Shown here: piece after piece, positions 46,563 to 56,175 of the stretch
Layout: every line of letters begins with the position of its first letter
Numbering within the stretch: position 1 is the stretch's first letter
Origin: Planctomycetota bacterium
GTDB taxonomy: Bacteria > Planctomycetota > B15-G4
NCBI GenBank assembly: GCA_038212275.1
Contig: JBBQUR010000001.1
Span: 288,001 to 352,000, forward strand
Length of the DNA stretch: 64,000 nucleotides
Reading direction: 5' to 3'
Position numbers and translations under genes: made by a program
Notes under the pieces: generated by a model
Databases searched by the model: none
What the model was told of the DNA's origin: nothing
Seen by the model: only the letters and a program-made list of their open reading frames with translations

Positions 46563-48563
46563 TCAGCGCACGGCCGACGCCGCCATGTCCTCCGCCAGTC
46601 CCGGCCGCGCCGGATCGAGCCGGGCCGCGACGGAGAGTGCGGCGGCCGCGAGATCGCGCTTCTCCATGCGCAGGAAGAGCCGCCCGAGTTCATGCCAGGT
46701 GACCGGATCGCTGCTCCAGCGCTCGGTGGAGGCTGCCAGCGCCGTTGCCGTGGCGGGCACGTTGCCTGTCAGCGCCGCGGCGCGCGCGCGCAGATTCCAG
46801 GGCAGCTCGGACCGCGGGTGCAGGGTCGCGAGCAAGTCCGCGTCCGCAAGCGTCTCGGGACTGCGCCCGGCGGCCAGCGCCAGCGCCGCACGGTTCACGC
46901 GCGATTCGGACAGGTCTCCGTCCAGCGACAGGGCACGGTCGTACGCGGCGAGTGCTTCGTCGCTGCGCCCGGCGGCCTCCAGGATGAGGCCGCGCACGTG
47001 CGCGAAGTCCGGACTCGCATCGAGCGAGGGCAGTCCCGCCGGCGTGCCGTGCGCCGCGTGGCCCGTCGACCACGCGTCGAGACCTGCCGCGGCCTCGTCG
47101 TTGCGGCCGATGCGGTACAGGCCCGCGGCGATCAGCCCCGAAGCCCAGGCGACACCCGCGTCGGTCGCGAGCGCCGGGGCGAGCCGACCGTCAGCGAAGA
47201 GCCTCAACGCCCCGGACGGCTTGTCGTAATGACGCATCGGCACGTCCGCGGGACGCGGAATGCGGCGGCGCACGTGATGATCCACGGTGCGCACGAGCGG
47301 GAGGTCGAAGGGCTGGCTCCGGCGCATGTGGCAGTCGACACAGGCTTCGGGCGCGTAAGCCTCCGCGCCCGTCACGTCGCGCACGCTCAGCGAGTCCGGG
47401 CGCGCGCAGGCCGGCTTGCCGTCCGAGTGGCAGCGGATGCAGGCCCTGTCAAAGGACGCAGGCCCCTGCTCGGCGACGCCCGCGTGTGCTTCGTGGCAGC
47501 TCGTGCAGGTCATGTCGGGCGAGCTGCGGAAGCAGGCGGAGAGCGCCAGGCGCTCGAGCTGGCTCACGAAGCGGAAGTCGTCGTCGGGCGTCGCGGGGAC
47601 AAGCACCGGACGCACGGCCTGGAGCACGTCGTCATGCGGTCCGTAGCCGACGCGCGAGGTGAGCTCGAGCCGGGCGTCACCTTCGAGATGGCAACGCGCG
47701 CACACGTCGCGTTGCTGCGCGGCGGGCAACGCGACGAGCCGGGGAAGGCCGATGTCGTTGCCGTCGGCCGGCACGCGCTCGTGCATGATCTCGACATGCA
47801 GCGCCGTGTCGCCGTGGCAGGCAGAGCAGGTCAGGGGCGAGAGCCGCTGCAGCGCGTCGACGCCGAGCAGGTTGGAGGGATAGATGTGCCGGGCCGCGGG
47901 CGGCGTGTGGCCCGGGTTCGCGTCGATCACGGCTGGCAGCCGCGCAGGGTCCTCGGTCGTGTGGCAGGACAGGCACTGCGCGGTCACGGGCTGGTCGAGA
48001 CCTGCGGAATGGCCTCCGCGCTCGAAGGGCGCGAGCGCGAGTCCGTAACCGGTGATGCGCTCCACGGGCGCGAAGAACAGCCGCTGACCGACGGCTCCGA
48101 CGGCGTCGATCTCCGCGCCGACGAAGGACATGTCGAGCAGGCCGGCGCCGATGCGCCCGACGAGTTGCTGTTGACGCTCGCCTCCTGCGCGGGTGCGGAG
48201 GCTCATCGTCGTGACGCCTTCGATGGTGTCGAATCGGTAGAGGTTGCCCGTGGCCGGGTTCTCGAGCGAGCCGCCGGGCGGATCGGTCAGCGGCCCGAGG
48301 CTGTCCGACATGCCGTGCAACAGGTAGGTGGTGACGATGCGTGCATGGCAGCGTGCGCACTCGCGCATGGAGTCGGGGACGTCGCGTACCGCGCGCGGCG
48401 GAGCACCGGGCGAGATGTTGGCGGAGTCATTCCCGTGGTCGCCGCGTGCCGGAACATCCGAAGCATGCGCATCGCAGCCGGCGAGCAGCAGGCCGGACAG
48501 CAGGCCGGGCAGCAGCCGTCCGATGCCTGCGCGGCGCCTGCGCCGAGGCCGCGTCGTGCTCAA
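46563..48563 (-). CDS. Multiheme c-type cytochrome lipoprotein with C-terminal TPRs
   Basis: Lipobox LLAGC; seven CxxCH motifs (CARCH, CLSCH, CSACH, CARCH, CTSCH, CIRCH, CVDCH); TPR tail. Confidence 0.85.
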   Translation of the reverse strand: MSTTRPRRRRRAGIGRLLPGLLSGLLLAGCDAHASDVPARGDHGNDSANISPGAPPRAVRDVPDSMRECARCHARIVTTYLLHGMSDSLGPLTDPPGGSLENPATGNLYRFDTIEGVTTMSLRTRAGGERQQQLVGRIGAGLLDMSFVGAEIDAVGAVGQRLFFAPVERITGYGLALAPFERGGHSAGLDQPVTAQCLSCHTTEDPARLPAVIDANPGHTPPAARHIYPSNLLGVDALQRLSPLTCSACHGDTALHVEIMHERVPADGNDIGLPRLVALPAAQQRDVCARCHLEGDARLELTSRVGYGPHDDVLQAVRPVLVPATPDDDFRFVSQLERLALSACFRSSPDMTCTSCHEAHAGVAEQGPASFDRACIRCHSDGKPACARPDSLSVRDVTGAEAYAPEACVDCHMRRSQPFDLPLVRTVDHHVRRRIPRPADVPMRHYDKPSGALRLFADGRLAPALATDAGVAWASGLIAAGLYRIGRNDEAAAGLDAWSTGHAAHGTPAGLPSLDASPDFAHVRGLILEAAGRSDEALAAYDRALSLDGDLSESRVNRAALALAAGRSPETLADADLLATLHPRSELPWNLRARAAALTGNVPATATALAASTERWSSDPVTWHELGRLFLRMEKRDLAAAALSVAARLDPARPGLAEDMAASAVR

Positions 48564-50116
48564 CTGCCGAAGCGGATGCCCTGCGCGAGTGGCAGGGAGT
48601 CCGTGCCGTTGATGGTGCAGGTCTGCCGGCGCATGTAGGCCTTCCAGGAGTCGCTGCCGGCTTCCCGGCCTCCGCCCGTGTCCTTCTCGCCGCCGAAGGC
48701 ACCGCCGATCTCCGCGCCGCTCGTCCCGATGTTCACGTTTGCGATGCCGCAGTCGCTGCCGGCGGCCGAGAGGAAACGCTCGGCCGACTGCAGGCCCGAC
48801 GTGAAGACGGCGCTCGACAGCCCCTGGGGCACGTTGTTGTTGGCTGCGATGGCCTCGTCGAGATCCTTGACCGTGACGAGGTAGAGCAGCGGCCCGAAGG
48901 TTTCATCGCAGAGCAGCGGCATGTCGTGCGGGACCGACGCGATGGTGGGCTGCATGAAGTAGCCGCCCTTCGCGCCGCGCACGGCGGCCCGCTCTCCACC
49001 GCACAGGATGGTGCCACCCTGCTGCTTGACGACAGCGACGGCAGCGAGCACGTTGTCCAGCGCCGCCTGGCTGGCGAGCGGCCCCATGAGGGTGTCCTTC
49101 TTGAGCGGGTCGCCGATGCGGACCTGCGCGTAGGCCTCGACCAGTCTCCGCGTGAAATCCTTCGCGATGCCCTGCTGAAGGAAGACCCGGCGCGTGCTCG
49201 TGCAGCGCTGGCCTGCCGTGCCGACGGCTCCGAAGAGCACGGCGCGGAGCGCCAGCTCCAGGTTGGCGTCATCCATGATGGCCAGGCCGTTGTTGCCGCC
49301 GAGCTCGAGCAAGGTTCGTCCGAGGCGCTCGCCGACCACGGAGGCGACGCGTCGCCCCATGCGCACGGAGCCGGTGGCCGAGATGAGCGGCAGGCGTCGG
49401 TCCGCCAGCATGGCCTCGCCGACGGGCTGCACGTCCCCGGCGCAGAGGCAGAACACGCCGCCGAATCCGGCCTCCTCCATGATCGGGTTCACGATGTTCT
49501 GCACCGCGACGGCGCAGAGCGGTGTCAGCGGCGACGGCTTCCAGATGACCGTGTCCCCGCAGACCGCCGCGACGAAGGCGTTCCAGGCCCAGACGGCGAC
49601 CGGGAAGTTGAAGGCCGTGATGATGCCCACGGGTCCGAGGGGGTGCCATTGCTCGAACATGCGATGGCCGGGCCGCTCGCTGTGCATGGAGAGTCCGTAG
49701 AGCTGGCGCGAAAGTCCCACCGAGAAGTCGGCGATGTCGATCATCTCCTGCACTTCGCCGAGGCCTTCCGGGAGGATCTTGCCCATCTCCAGCGACACGA
49801 GCCGCCCGAGATCTTCCTTGTGCGCGCGCAACGCGTCGCCGCAGCGGCGCACGAGTTCACCGCGGAGCGGCGCCGGATGACTTCTCCAGCGCTGAAAGCT
49901 TTCCTGCGCGGCATCAACACATGCCTCGTAGTCGGCCTCGCCGCCCTGGACGACCATGCCGAGCGGTGTCCCCGTCGCGGGATTGTGCGACACGACGGCG
50001 GACCCCGAGGGCCGACGGAGCCAGCGTCCGGCGTAGACTCCCGACTGTCCGGTCTTGCCCGTGGATAGGCTGTCGACGGAGGCTGTCAGACCCAGGCGGT
50101 CGAAGAGGTCGTCCAT
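48560..50116 (-). CDS. Aldehyde dehydrogenase, ALDH7/piperideine-6-carboxylate dehydrogenase family
   Basis: GEVQEMIDI, SERPGH, AFNFPVAVW, LELGGNN, TAGQRCT and GGGREAGSDSWK motifs. Confidence 0.93.
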   Translation of the reverse strand: MDDLFDRLGLTASVDSLSTGKTGQSGVYAGRWLRRPSGSAVVSHNPATGTPLGMVVQGGEADYEACVDAAQESFQRWRSHPAPLRGELVRRCGDALRAHKEDLGRLVSLEMGKILPEGLGEVQEMIDIADFSVGLSRQLYGLSMHSERPGHRMFEQWHPLGPVGIITAFNFPVAVWAWNAFVAAVCGDTVIWKPSPLTPLCAVAVQNIVNPIMEEAGFGGVFCLCAGDVQPVGEAMLADRRLPLISATGSVRMGRRVASVVGERLGRTLLELGGNNGLAIMDDANLELALRAVLFGAVGTAGQRCTSTRRVFLQQGIAKDFTRRLVEAYAQVRIGDPLKKDTLMGPLASQAALDNVLAAVAVVKQQGGTILCGGERAAVRGAKGGYFMQPTIASVPHDMPLLCDETFGPLLYLVTVKDLDEAIAANNNVPQGLSSAVFTSGLQSAERFLSAAGSDCGIANVNIGTSGAEIGGAFGGEKDTGGGREAGSDSWKAYMRRQTCTINGTDSLPLAQGIRFGS

Positions 50117-50188
50117 CGATTCACGATCACCGAGGAGAAGAGGCGTGCGCGGAAGGGCGGGCAGGATACCAAGCAGCGCAGCACGCTC

Positions 50189-51775
50189 GTGAGGCACCAT
50201 CGGGTGCCCATCGGGAACCTGCTGGCGCTTGCATGCATTCTGCTCGCGACGGCTTGCGTGGAGCCGCCTCGCGTGTCCTTGCGGACGGCGCACGGCACGG
50301 TGTCCGCCGACGACACGCCGGCCGCGCGTGAACTGGCGGCGATGCTCATCGACCTCCAGCCGCGCGTCCGGGAGCTGCTTCCGGGCAATCGCGACAGGAT
50401 CACGGACGTGCGCCTGGACCCCGGCTTGATCCCGGAGGACCTGCTCCGCCAGCAGGGGGTCGTCGCGCAGACGGAGTTGAGCACCGGGCGCATTCTCATC
50501 GGCGGCGGCGCCTTCGGGGTCGGGAACGACTTCCTGCTGGCCCACGAACTGGTGCACGCACTCATGGACGACAGCTGGGATCCTCTGCCCGCGATCATGA
50601 AGGAGGGCCTCTGCGATGCGATCGCGTGTCAGGTCGTGCCGGCTGACGCGGCGCAGGTCAGGGCATTGCGGATGTTCGGCGCGCGCTTCGCTTTCGGCGA
50701 GCAGCAGATCGACCTGGCGGTGACGGAGCCGTCCTTCGGAGCACGACTTGGCGTGACCGTGCGCGTGGCCGTGTCGGAGTCATCCTCACGCGATCCCGTC
50801 GAAGCACTGTCGCTGGGCGGACACGGTGTCCGCCTGCACGACGAGTTTCATGATGCGGACGTGCTCTACGGTTACGGACTCCTGATCGTGGAACGCGCGA
50901 TCGCCCGCATCGGGATCGACGGGCTGCACGTCCTGTGCCTGCGGAGCCGCGCCGAAGGACGTTCGCTGCTCACGATCGACGAGGTCCTCGCGGCGGCTGA
51001 TCTGGACACCAGCGTGCTGGCATGGCGGGACGCACTGGCGGGGGCTGTCGGTCCGGCCGAACTGCAGGCGCTCACCGAGCAACTCGGCGTGCGTCTGGCT
51101 GACGCCGTGGTCACCAATCTCCGCTATCGCTATGCGGATTTCTCGGCGGACGATTTCCTGGATCAGGCGGACGCGAGTCTCGCCTTGCGCGGTGGTTCCG
51201 CCGAACTGCCCCTGGCGCTGCTGCCGGACCTGACGGAGCACGTGGTGGCCGCGTGGGACGCCGCGCAACCGCAGGCGTTGCGCCCCGGCGAGATCCAGGT
51301 GCATGGCGATCGCGACGGCGTGCACCTTGGCCTGTTTGGAAACGTGGACGACCTCGGCGGCTGCACGTTGCAATGGTTGCGGATGTCGACGACCGTGCTG
51401 GAGCCGCGGCACGCCCTCAGCGTGGCTGTGAGTGATGTGTCGCTCGTGCCGGAAAGCGCGGAGGTGGAGGCCCACCTGCGTTTCCAGCGCAGTGACGAGG
51501 GCGTGTGCCTCGTCTCATCCCGCCCAGGCCGCTTCGAGCAATATCGCGTGGAAGTGCACGGTGTCGTGGTGGCGGACCTGGAGTGGGGGCTGAACGTCGG
51601 TGTCGAGCGGGACGAGCACGGCTGGACCATGATCACGAGCCACCTCGACCCCTCCCTGCAGTTGGAGGACGCCGTGCTCTACGGCTCGCATGCCAACGTG
51701 CTCGTCTCGCTGCGCGCGAGTGACGGCGTGGAAGGCGAATTCCGCTATCCTCTGTCGATTCCGCTGCAGCGCTGA
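50189..51775 (+). CDS. Hypothetical lipoprotein with a zincin-type HExxH motif
   Basis: Lipobox LATAC; LAHELVHAL followed by LPAIMKEGLCD. Confidence 0.65.
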   Translation: MRHHRVPIGNLLALACILLATACVEPPRVSLRTAHGTVSADDTPAARELAAMLIDLQPRVRELLPGNRDRITDVRLDPGLIPEDLLRQQGVVAQTELSTGRILIGGGAFGVGNDFLLAHELVHALMDDSWDPLPAIMKEGLCDAIACQVVPADAAQVRALRMFGARFAFGEQQIDLAVTEPSFGARLGVTVRVAVSESSSRDPVEALSLGGHGVRLHDEFHDADVLYGYGLLIVERAIARIGIDGLHVLCLRSRAEGRSLLTIDEVLAAADLDTSVLAWRDALAGAVGPAELQALTEQLGVRLADAVVTNLRYRYADFSADDFLDQADASLALRGGSAELPLALLPDLTEHVVAAWDAAQPQALRPGEIQVHGDRDGVHLGLFGNVDDLGGCTLQWLRMSTTVLEPRHALSVAVSDVSLVPESAEVEAHLRFQRSDEGVCLVSSRPGRFEQYRVEVHGVVVADLEWGLNVGVERDEHGWTMITSHLDPSLQLEDAVLYGSHANVLVSLRASDGVEGEFRYPLSIPLQR

Positions 51776-52216
51776 GCTCCGCGTGTCCTCACACGGGCCG
51801 CTGCGGCGGCACCTCGGCTGGCGGACCGGCTGGCGGACAGGCGACGCAGCCACACACTCGTCACGCCGGCTCCGCATGAACTTCACGGAGCCGCACTAGA
51901 GTCCGGCCTTGTTCCACGGGTGACCAGCCGCCGACGTCCGTTCGGGGTACGTGGGAAAGACAGGCCTTCGCTCGAGCCGCCACGCGCATCTGGCTCGCGA
52001 CCTCCTTTCCCTGGCGGTTGGCGCCAGCGGGGCGATGAGAGAGATCGAGACGGCTAGGGAGCCTCCGGCGACCATTCGGGGTCCGCCGGAGGCTCCCTGA
52101 CTCTCCGGACCTCCCGACGTGCCGATCCCGACGCGCCGGTGCTGCCGCCGGGCGCTCCGTGAGCCACGGCAGCCAGCGGATTCCATTCCATGTCCGTTCA
52201 CGCGACACTGGGAGCC

Positions 52217-52933
52217 ATGCGCCCAATCCACAGCATTCTGATCGCCGAAGACGATGCCGACATCGCCAACCTCGTGCGGCTGCATCTCGAACGCGCCGGA
52301 TACCTCGTGACTCGTGCCGCCGATGGCCGCCAGGCCGTCAAGCGCTTCGACGAGGGCGAGTATGACCTGGTGATTCTCGACCTCATGCTGCCTCACCTGG
52401 ACGGCATGGAAGTCTGTCGGCACATCCGCAACGCCGAAGAGCGCTACGTTCCGGTGCTCATGCTCACGGCGAAGTCGGAGGAGGCCAACAAGGTCGCAGG
52501 TCTCGAGATGGGCGCCGACGACTACGTCACGAAGCCCTTCTCGGTGGAGGAACTTCTCGCCCGCGTGAAGGCCATCGGTCGCCGCGTGCAGATGCTGAGC
52601 AAGCTCAAGGACGAGTCATCCGAGCAGACCCTCGCCTTCGGAGACCTCGTGGTGGACCTCACCAAGCGCATCGCGCTGCGTGACGGTGAGGACCTGAAAC
52701 TCACGCAGAAGGAATTCGAGATCCTGCGCGTGCTGGCGCTGGCACCCGGCCGTCCGTTCTCGCGGCGCGCCCTCTGCGAGCGCGCAGGAGTCGAGAGCTT
52801 CGACGGGACGGACCGGACCATCGACACGCACATCAAGCGCCTGCGCTCCAAGCTGGAAGAGGATCGCAACCGGCCCGTGTACGTCCTCACCGTCTGGGGC
52901 TTCGGCTACAAGCTCACCGACAAGTTCTGCTGA
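52217..52933 (+). CDS. OmpR/PhoB-family response regulator
   Basis: AEDD, LDLMLP, MLTAK, GADDYVTKPF, RTIDTHIKRLR and TVWGFGY motifs. Confidence 0.95.
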   Translation: MRPIHSILIAEDDADIANLVRLHLERAGYLVTRAADGRQAVKRFDEGEYDLVILDLMLPHLDGMEVCRHIRNAEERYVPVLMLTAKSEEANKVAGLEMGADDYVTKPFSVEELLARVKAIGRRVQMLSKLKDESSEQTLAFGDLVVDLTKRIALRDGEDLKLTQKEFEILRVLALAPGRPFSRRALCERAGVESFDGTDRTIDTHIKRLRSKLEEDRNRPVYVLTVWGFGYKLTDKFC

Positions 52934-52942
52934 CGCCCTCCC

Positions 52943-53986
52943 GTGCCTCCCTCCGGTCGCTCCCGCGCGCTGCTCTGGACGATCACGCTTTCGCTGGCCG
53001 CCGGTCTGCTGCTCTTCAAGCTGATCGAGCACCTCCTGCAGCGTCTCGACCTCGGTGGTGGCGTGGCGTCGGCGCTGGCCGGTGCGGTGGCGCTGGTCGC
53101 GGTGCTCATGCTGATCCAGGTGAGCGTGCTGCGACGCCTGCAGCGTCTGAACGCGGCGTTGCAGCAGGTGGCGGGAGGCGACCTCGGACGGGCGCTGCCG
53201 CGCAGTCGCGATGACGAGATCGGCGAGTTGACCGCCAGCATCAGCGCGATGGTGGCCACGCTGCGCAGCAACTACGAGGACCTGAAGAAGAACGACGAAC
53301 TCCGGCGACGCCTCATCGCCAACGTGAGTCATGAACTCCGCACGCCGCTGACTTCGATTCAGGGCTACCTGGAGACGGCGCGACTGGCAGGCGCGGAGAG
53401 TCCCGATTTCGCGCGCAACCTGGAGATCTGTCATCGCGAGACGCGCAAGCTCTCGCGCCTGGTGCAGGACCTCTTCGAACTCTCCAAGCTCGACACGAAG
53501 CACCTCGAGTTCCACTTCGAGACCGTCCCGCTCGTCGAACTGGCCGACCAGGTGGGGCTCGCCTTCGAGCAGCGCATGACGGACAAGGAAATCCGCTTCG
53601 AGACGCGCTTTCCGGATGACCCGCTCGAGGTCTGGGGCGACGGCAACCGGCTGGGGCAGGTGATCACCAACCTCCTCGGCAACGCCGTGGTGTTCACGGA
53701 GCCCGGCGGGACCATCACGCTGAGCTGCACGCGCCGTGATCGCATGGCCGTGCTCGACGTGAGCGACACGGGCGTCGGCATCCCGGAGAAGGATCAGCCC
53801 CACATCTTCGAAAGCTTCTTTCACCTCGAGAAGTCGCGGACGCGGAATCTCGGCGGCACGGGCCTGGGACTTGCCATCTGCAAGGCCATTGTCGAGGCGC
53901 ACGGCGGGAGCATCAGCGTGTCGAGCCGCATCGGCGAGGGCACCACCTTCACGGTGGAACTTGCCCTTTCGCCGTCGGCGACCTGA
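52943..53986 (+). CDS. HAMP-domain sensor histidine kinase
   Basis: Two TM helices, HAMP, SHELRTPL, NLLGNA, DTGVGI and GGTGLGL motifs. Confidence 0.95.
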   Translation: MPPSGRSRALLWTITLSLAAGLLLFKLIEHLLQRLDLGGGVASALAGAVALVAVLMLIQVSVLRRLQRLNAALQQVAGGDLGRALPRSRDDEIGELTASISAMVATLRSNYEDLKKNDELRRRLIANVSHELRTPLTSIQGYLETARLAGAESPDFARNLEICHRETRKLSRLVQDLFELSKLDTKHLEFHFETVPLVELADQVGLAFEQRMTDKEIRFETRFPDDPLEVWGDGNRLGQVITNLLGNAVVFTEPGGTITLSCTRRDRMAVLDVSDTGVGIPEKDQPHIFESFFHLEKSRTRNLGGTGLGLAICKAIVEAHGGSISVSSRIGEGTTFTVELALSPSAT

Positions 53987-54282
53987 GTCCGGTCCGAGTC
54001 CGGCCGGCGCGCGACCGGTGGAGGGGCGGCACGCGACGGAGGCACGGTCCGGGCACGGCCCCGGCGGCAGGCAAGGCGCCGCAAGCCGGGGCCAGACTGC
54101 GCGGCCTGCACCGAGGTGTCGTCGGGAACGCACGAGAACTGCACCGGCATCGCACGGGGGCGCACCGGCCTCGCACCGGGGGGCTCGGCGGCACCGATCC
54201 GGGGAGATTGTCGATCATGCGAGAAGGGATATAGACTGCGGACGCTTGGGCCCGATCCCTTGTGCTCCGCACAGGGAACCCC

Positions 54283-56175
54283 ATGATTCCACCGTTTCGT
54301 GCGCAGTCGACGGTCGCGACGCTGCCGCTTTGCCTACTGATCGGGTGCACTCAGGAGAGCGAGTCCCCGGCCCGCGACGACGTCCACTCCGCGAAGGCCG
54401 TGGCGACGCGCCCCGCTGATGCGAGCCAGCCCCTCGGCGCTGACAAGACGCATCCCGGCCCGCACTTCTCGATCGACGACGGCGCGTGCGGCATCACGCA
54501 CCGCAATCTGTCGGGCCCGACGGCGGAACAGGGCAAGCGCTACCTGCTCGATTGCATCGGCCCGGGCATCGCCGTGCTGGACGCGGATGGCGACGGCCGG
54601 CTCGATCTCTACTTCGCGCAGGGGCGCGCGGCCGACCTGCCGGACGGTGGCGACTGCGCGAACCGCCTCTACCTCAACCTCGGGGGTCGCCGTTTCGCTG
54701 AGCACGGCGCCGACGCCGGCGTGGCGGACCGCGGCTACGGTTTCGGCGCACTCGCTTTCGACTTCGACAACGACGGCGACAGCGACCTGCTCGTCACGAA
54801 TCACGGCCCCAACGTGCTCTACCGGAATGATGGCGGCCGATTCACCGACGTCACGGCGGAGCATCCCGGCATGGCAGGCGGCGCGGAGGACTGGTCCACA
54901 GGCGCGGCCGCAGCGGACGTCGATGGCGACGGTGACCTCGATCTCTACGTGTGCAATTACCTGCGGCACGACGCCTCCGACCTGGATCGCAGGGGACTCT
55001 GCCGATTCATGACCGAGTGCCACGTGCCTTGCGGACCGCTCGGGCTCGATGCCCAGGCCGACGTTTTCTTCCGCAACGGCGGCCCGCCGGACTACCGCTA
55101 CACGGAGGCCTCGGTCGACGCCGGACTTGCGCACGCGCCGAGTTACGGCTTCCAGCCCGTGTTCAGCGACGTGGACGGCGACGGCGACCTCGACCTCTAC
55201 GTGAGCAACGACAGCGTGCCGAACTTCCTCTTCGTCAACGACGGCAGCGGCCGGTTCACCGAGGTCGGACTCGTCGCCGGCGTCGCGTGCAGCAACGCGG
55301 GACTCGCGGAGGCGGGGATGGGCGTCGCGTGCGGTGACCTGCAAGGCGATGGCCTGCCGGAGTTCTACGTCACGAACTTCTCCACGCAGCTGAACTCGCT
55401 GTACGTGAATCGCACGAGACCCGGAGGACCGCCCTGGTTCGACGAGCAGGCCAAGCCCGTCGGCGTCGGCGGCCCGACGCTCTTCAAGCTGTCCTGGGGC
55501 TGCGCCATCGCGGACTTCGACAACGACGGCGTTCCGGACATCTTCTGCAGCAACGGCCACGTCTACCCGCAGGTGGACGACTGCCGACCCTCCGAGATCG
55601 TGTATCGCCAGCCCTGCAATCTCTTCGCCGGCGTCGCCGGGCCGCGCCTGCGATTCACGGACGCGAGCGCGGACGCCGGCGCACTGACCACTGTGCCGGA
55701 CAGCCATCGCAGCTGCGTCGTCGCCGATCTGGACGACGATGGTCGCCTCGACCTCGTCGTGAACCGGCTCGACGAGTCGCCGCTGGTGGCGTGGAACGAC
55801 ACGCCCGCGAGCGGACACTGGCTGGCGCTGCAATTGCAGCTTCCCGGCGCGACTCCCGAGGCACCCGGCCATGCGGCTGTGGGGGCGCACATCCTGGCGC
55901 GTGCTGGCGATCGGCGCTGGAGCGCGGAGGTGCACTGCGGGAGCAGCTTCCTGTCCACGGAGGATCTGCGCGTGCATCTCGGGCTCGGCGACACGGCCAT
56001 GCTCGACGAGCTGCTCGTGCACTTCGCGAACGGTGCCGCCATGCGCATGGAGAACGTGGCGGTCGATCGGGTGCTGGTCCTTCGCTCCCCTTCTCCCGTG
56101 CCGGCCGGCGGGGCCGCTCCCGCTCCGGACGCGGCCACCGCGGACGCCGATGCCGCCGGCAAGGGTCCGCCATGA
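54283..56175 (+). CDS. CRTAC1-family protein (FG-GAP repeats + ASPIC/UnbV)
   Basis: Repeated DxDGDGDLDL motifs, AGMG, NGHVYP, C-terminal GSSFLS..D.RVHLGLG. Confidence 0.9.
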   Translation: MIPPFRAQSTVATLPLCLLIGCTQESESPARDDVHSAKAVATRPADASQPLGADKTHPGPHFSIDDGACGITHRNLSGPTAEQGKRYLLDCIGPGIAVLDADGDGRLDLYFAQGRAADLPDGGDCANRLYLNLGGRRFAEHGADAGVADRGYGFGALAFDFDNDGDSDLLVTNHGPNVLYRNDGGRFTDVTAEHPGMAGGAEDWSTGAAAADVDGDGDLDLYVCNYLRHDASDLDRRGLCRFMTECHVPCGPLGLDAQADVFFRNGGPPDYRYTEASVDAGLAHAPSYGFQPVFSDVDGDGDLDLYVSNDSVPNFLFVNDGSGRFTEVGLVAGVACSNAGLAEAGMGVACGDLQGDGLPEFYVTNFSTQLNSLYVNRTRPGGPPWFDEQAKPVGVGGPTLFKLSWGCAIADFDNDGVPDIFCSNGHVYPQVDDCRPSEIVYRQPCNLFAGVAGPRLRFTDASADAGALTTVPDSHRSCVVADLDDDGRLDLVVNRLDESPLVAWNDTPASGHWLALQLQLPGATPEAPGHAAVGAHILARAGDRRWSAEVHCGSSFLSTEDLRVHLGLGDTAMLDELLVHFANGAAMRMENVAVDRVLVLRSPSPVPAGGAAPAPDAATADADAAGKGPP

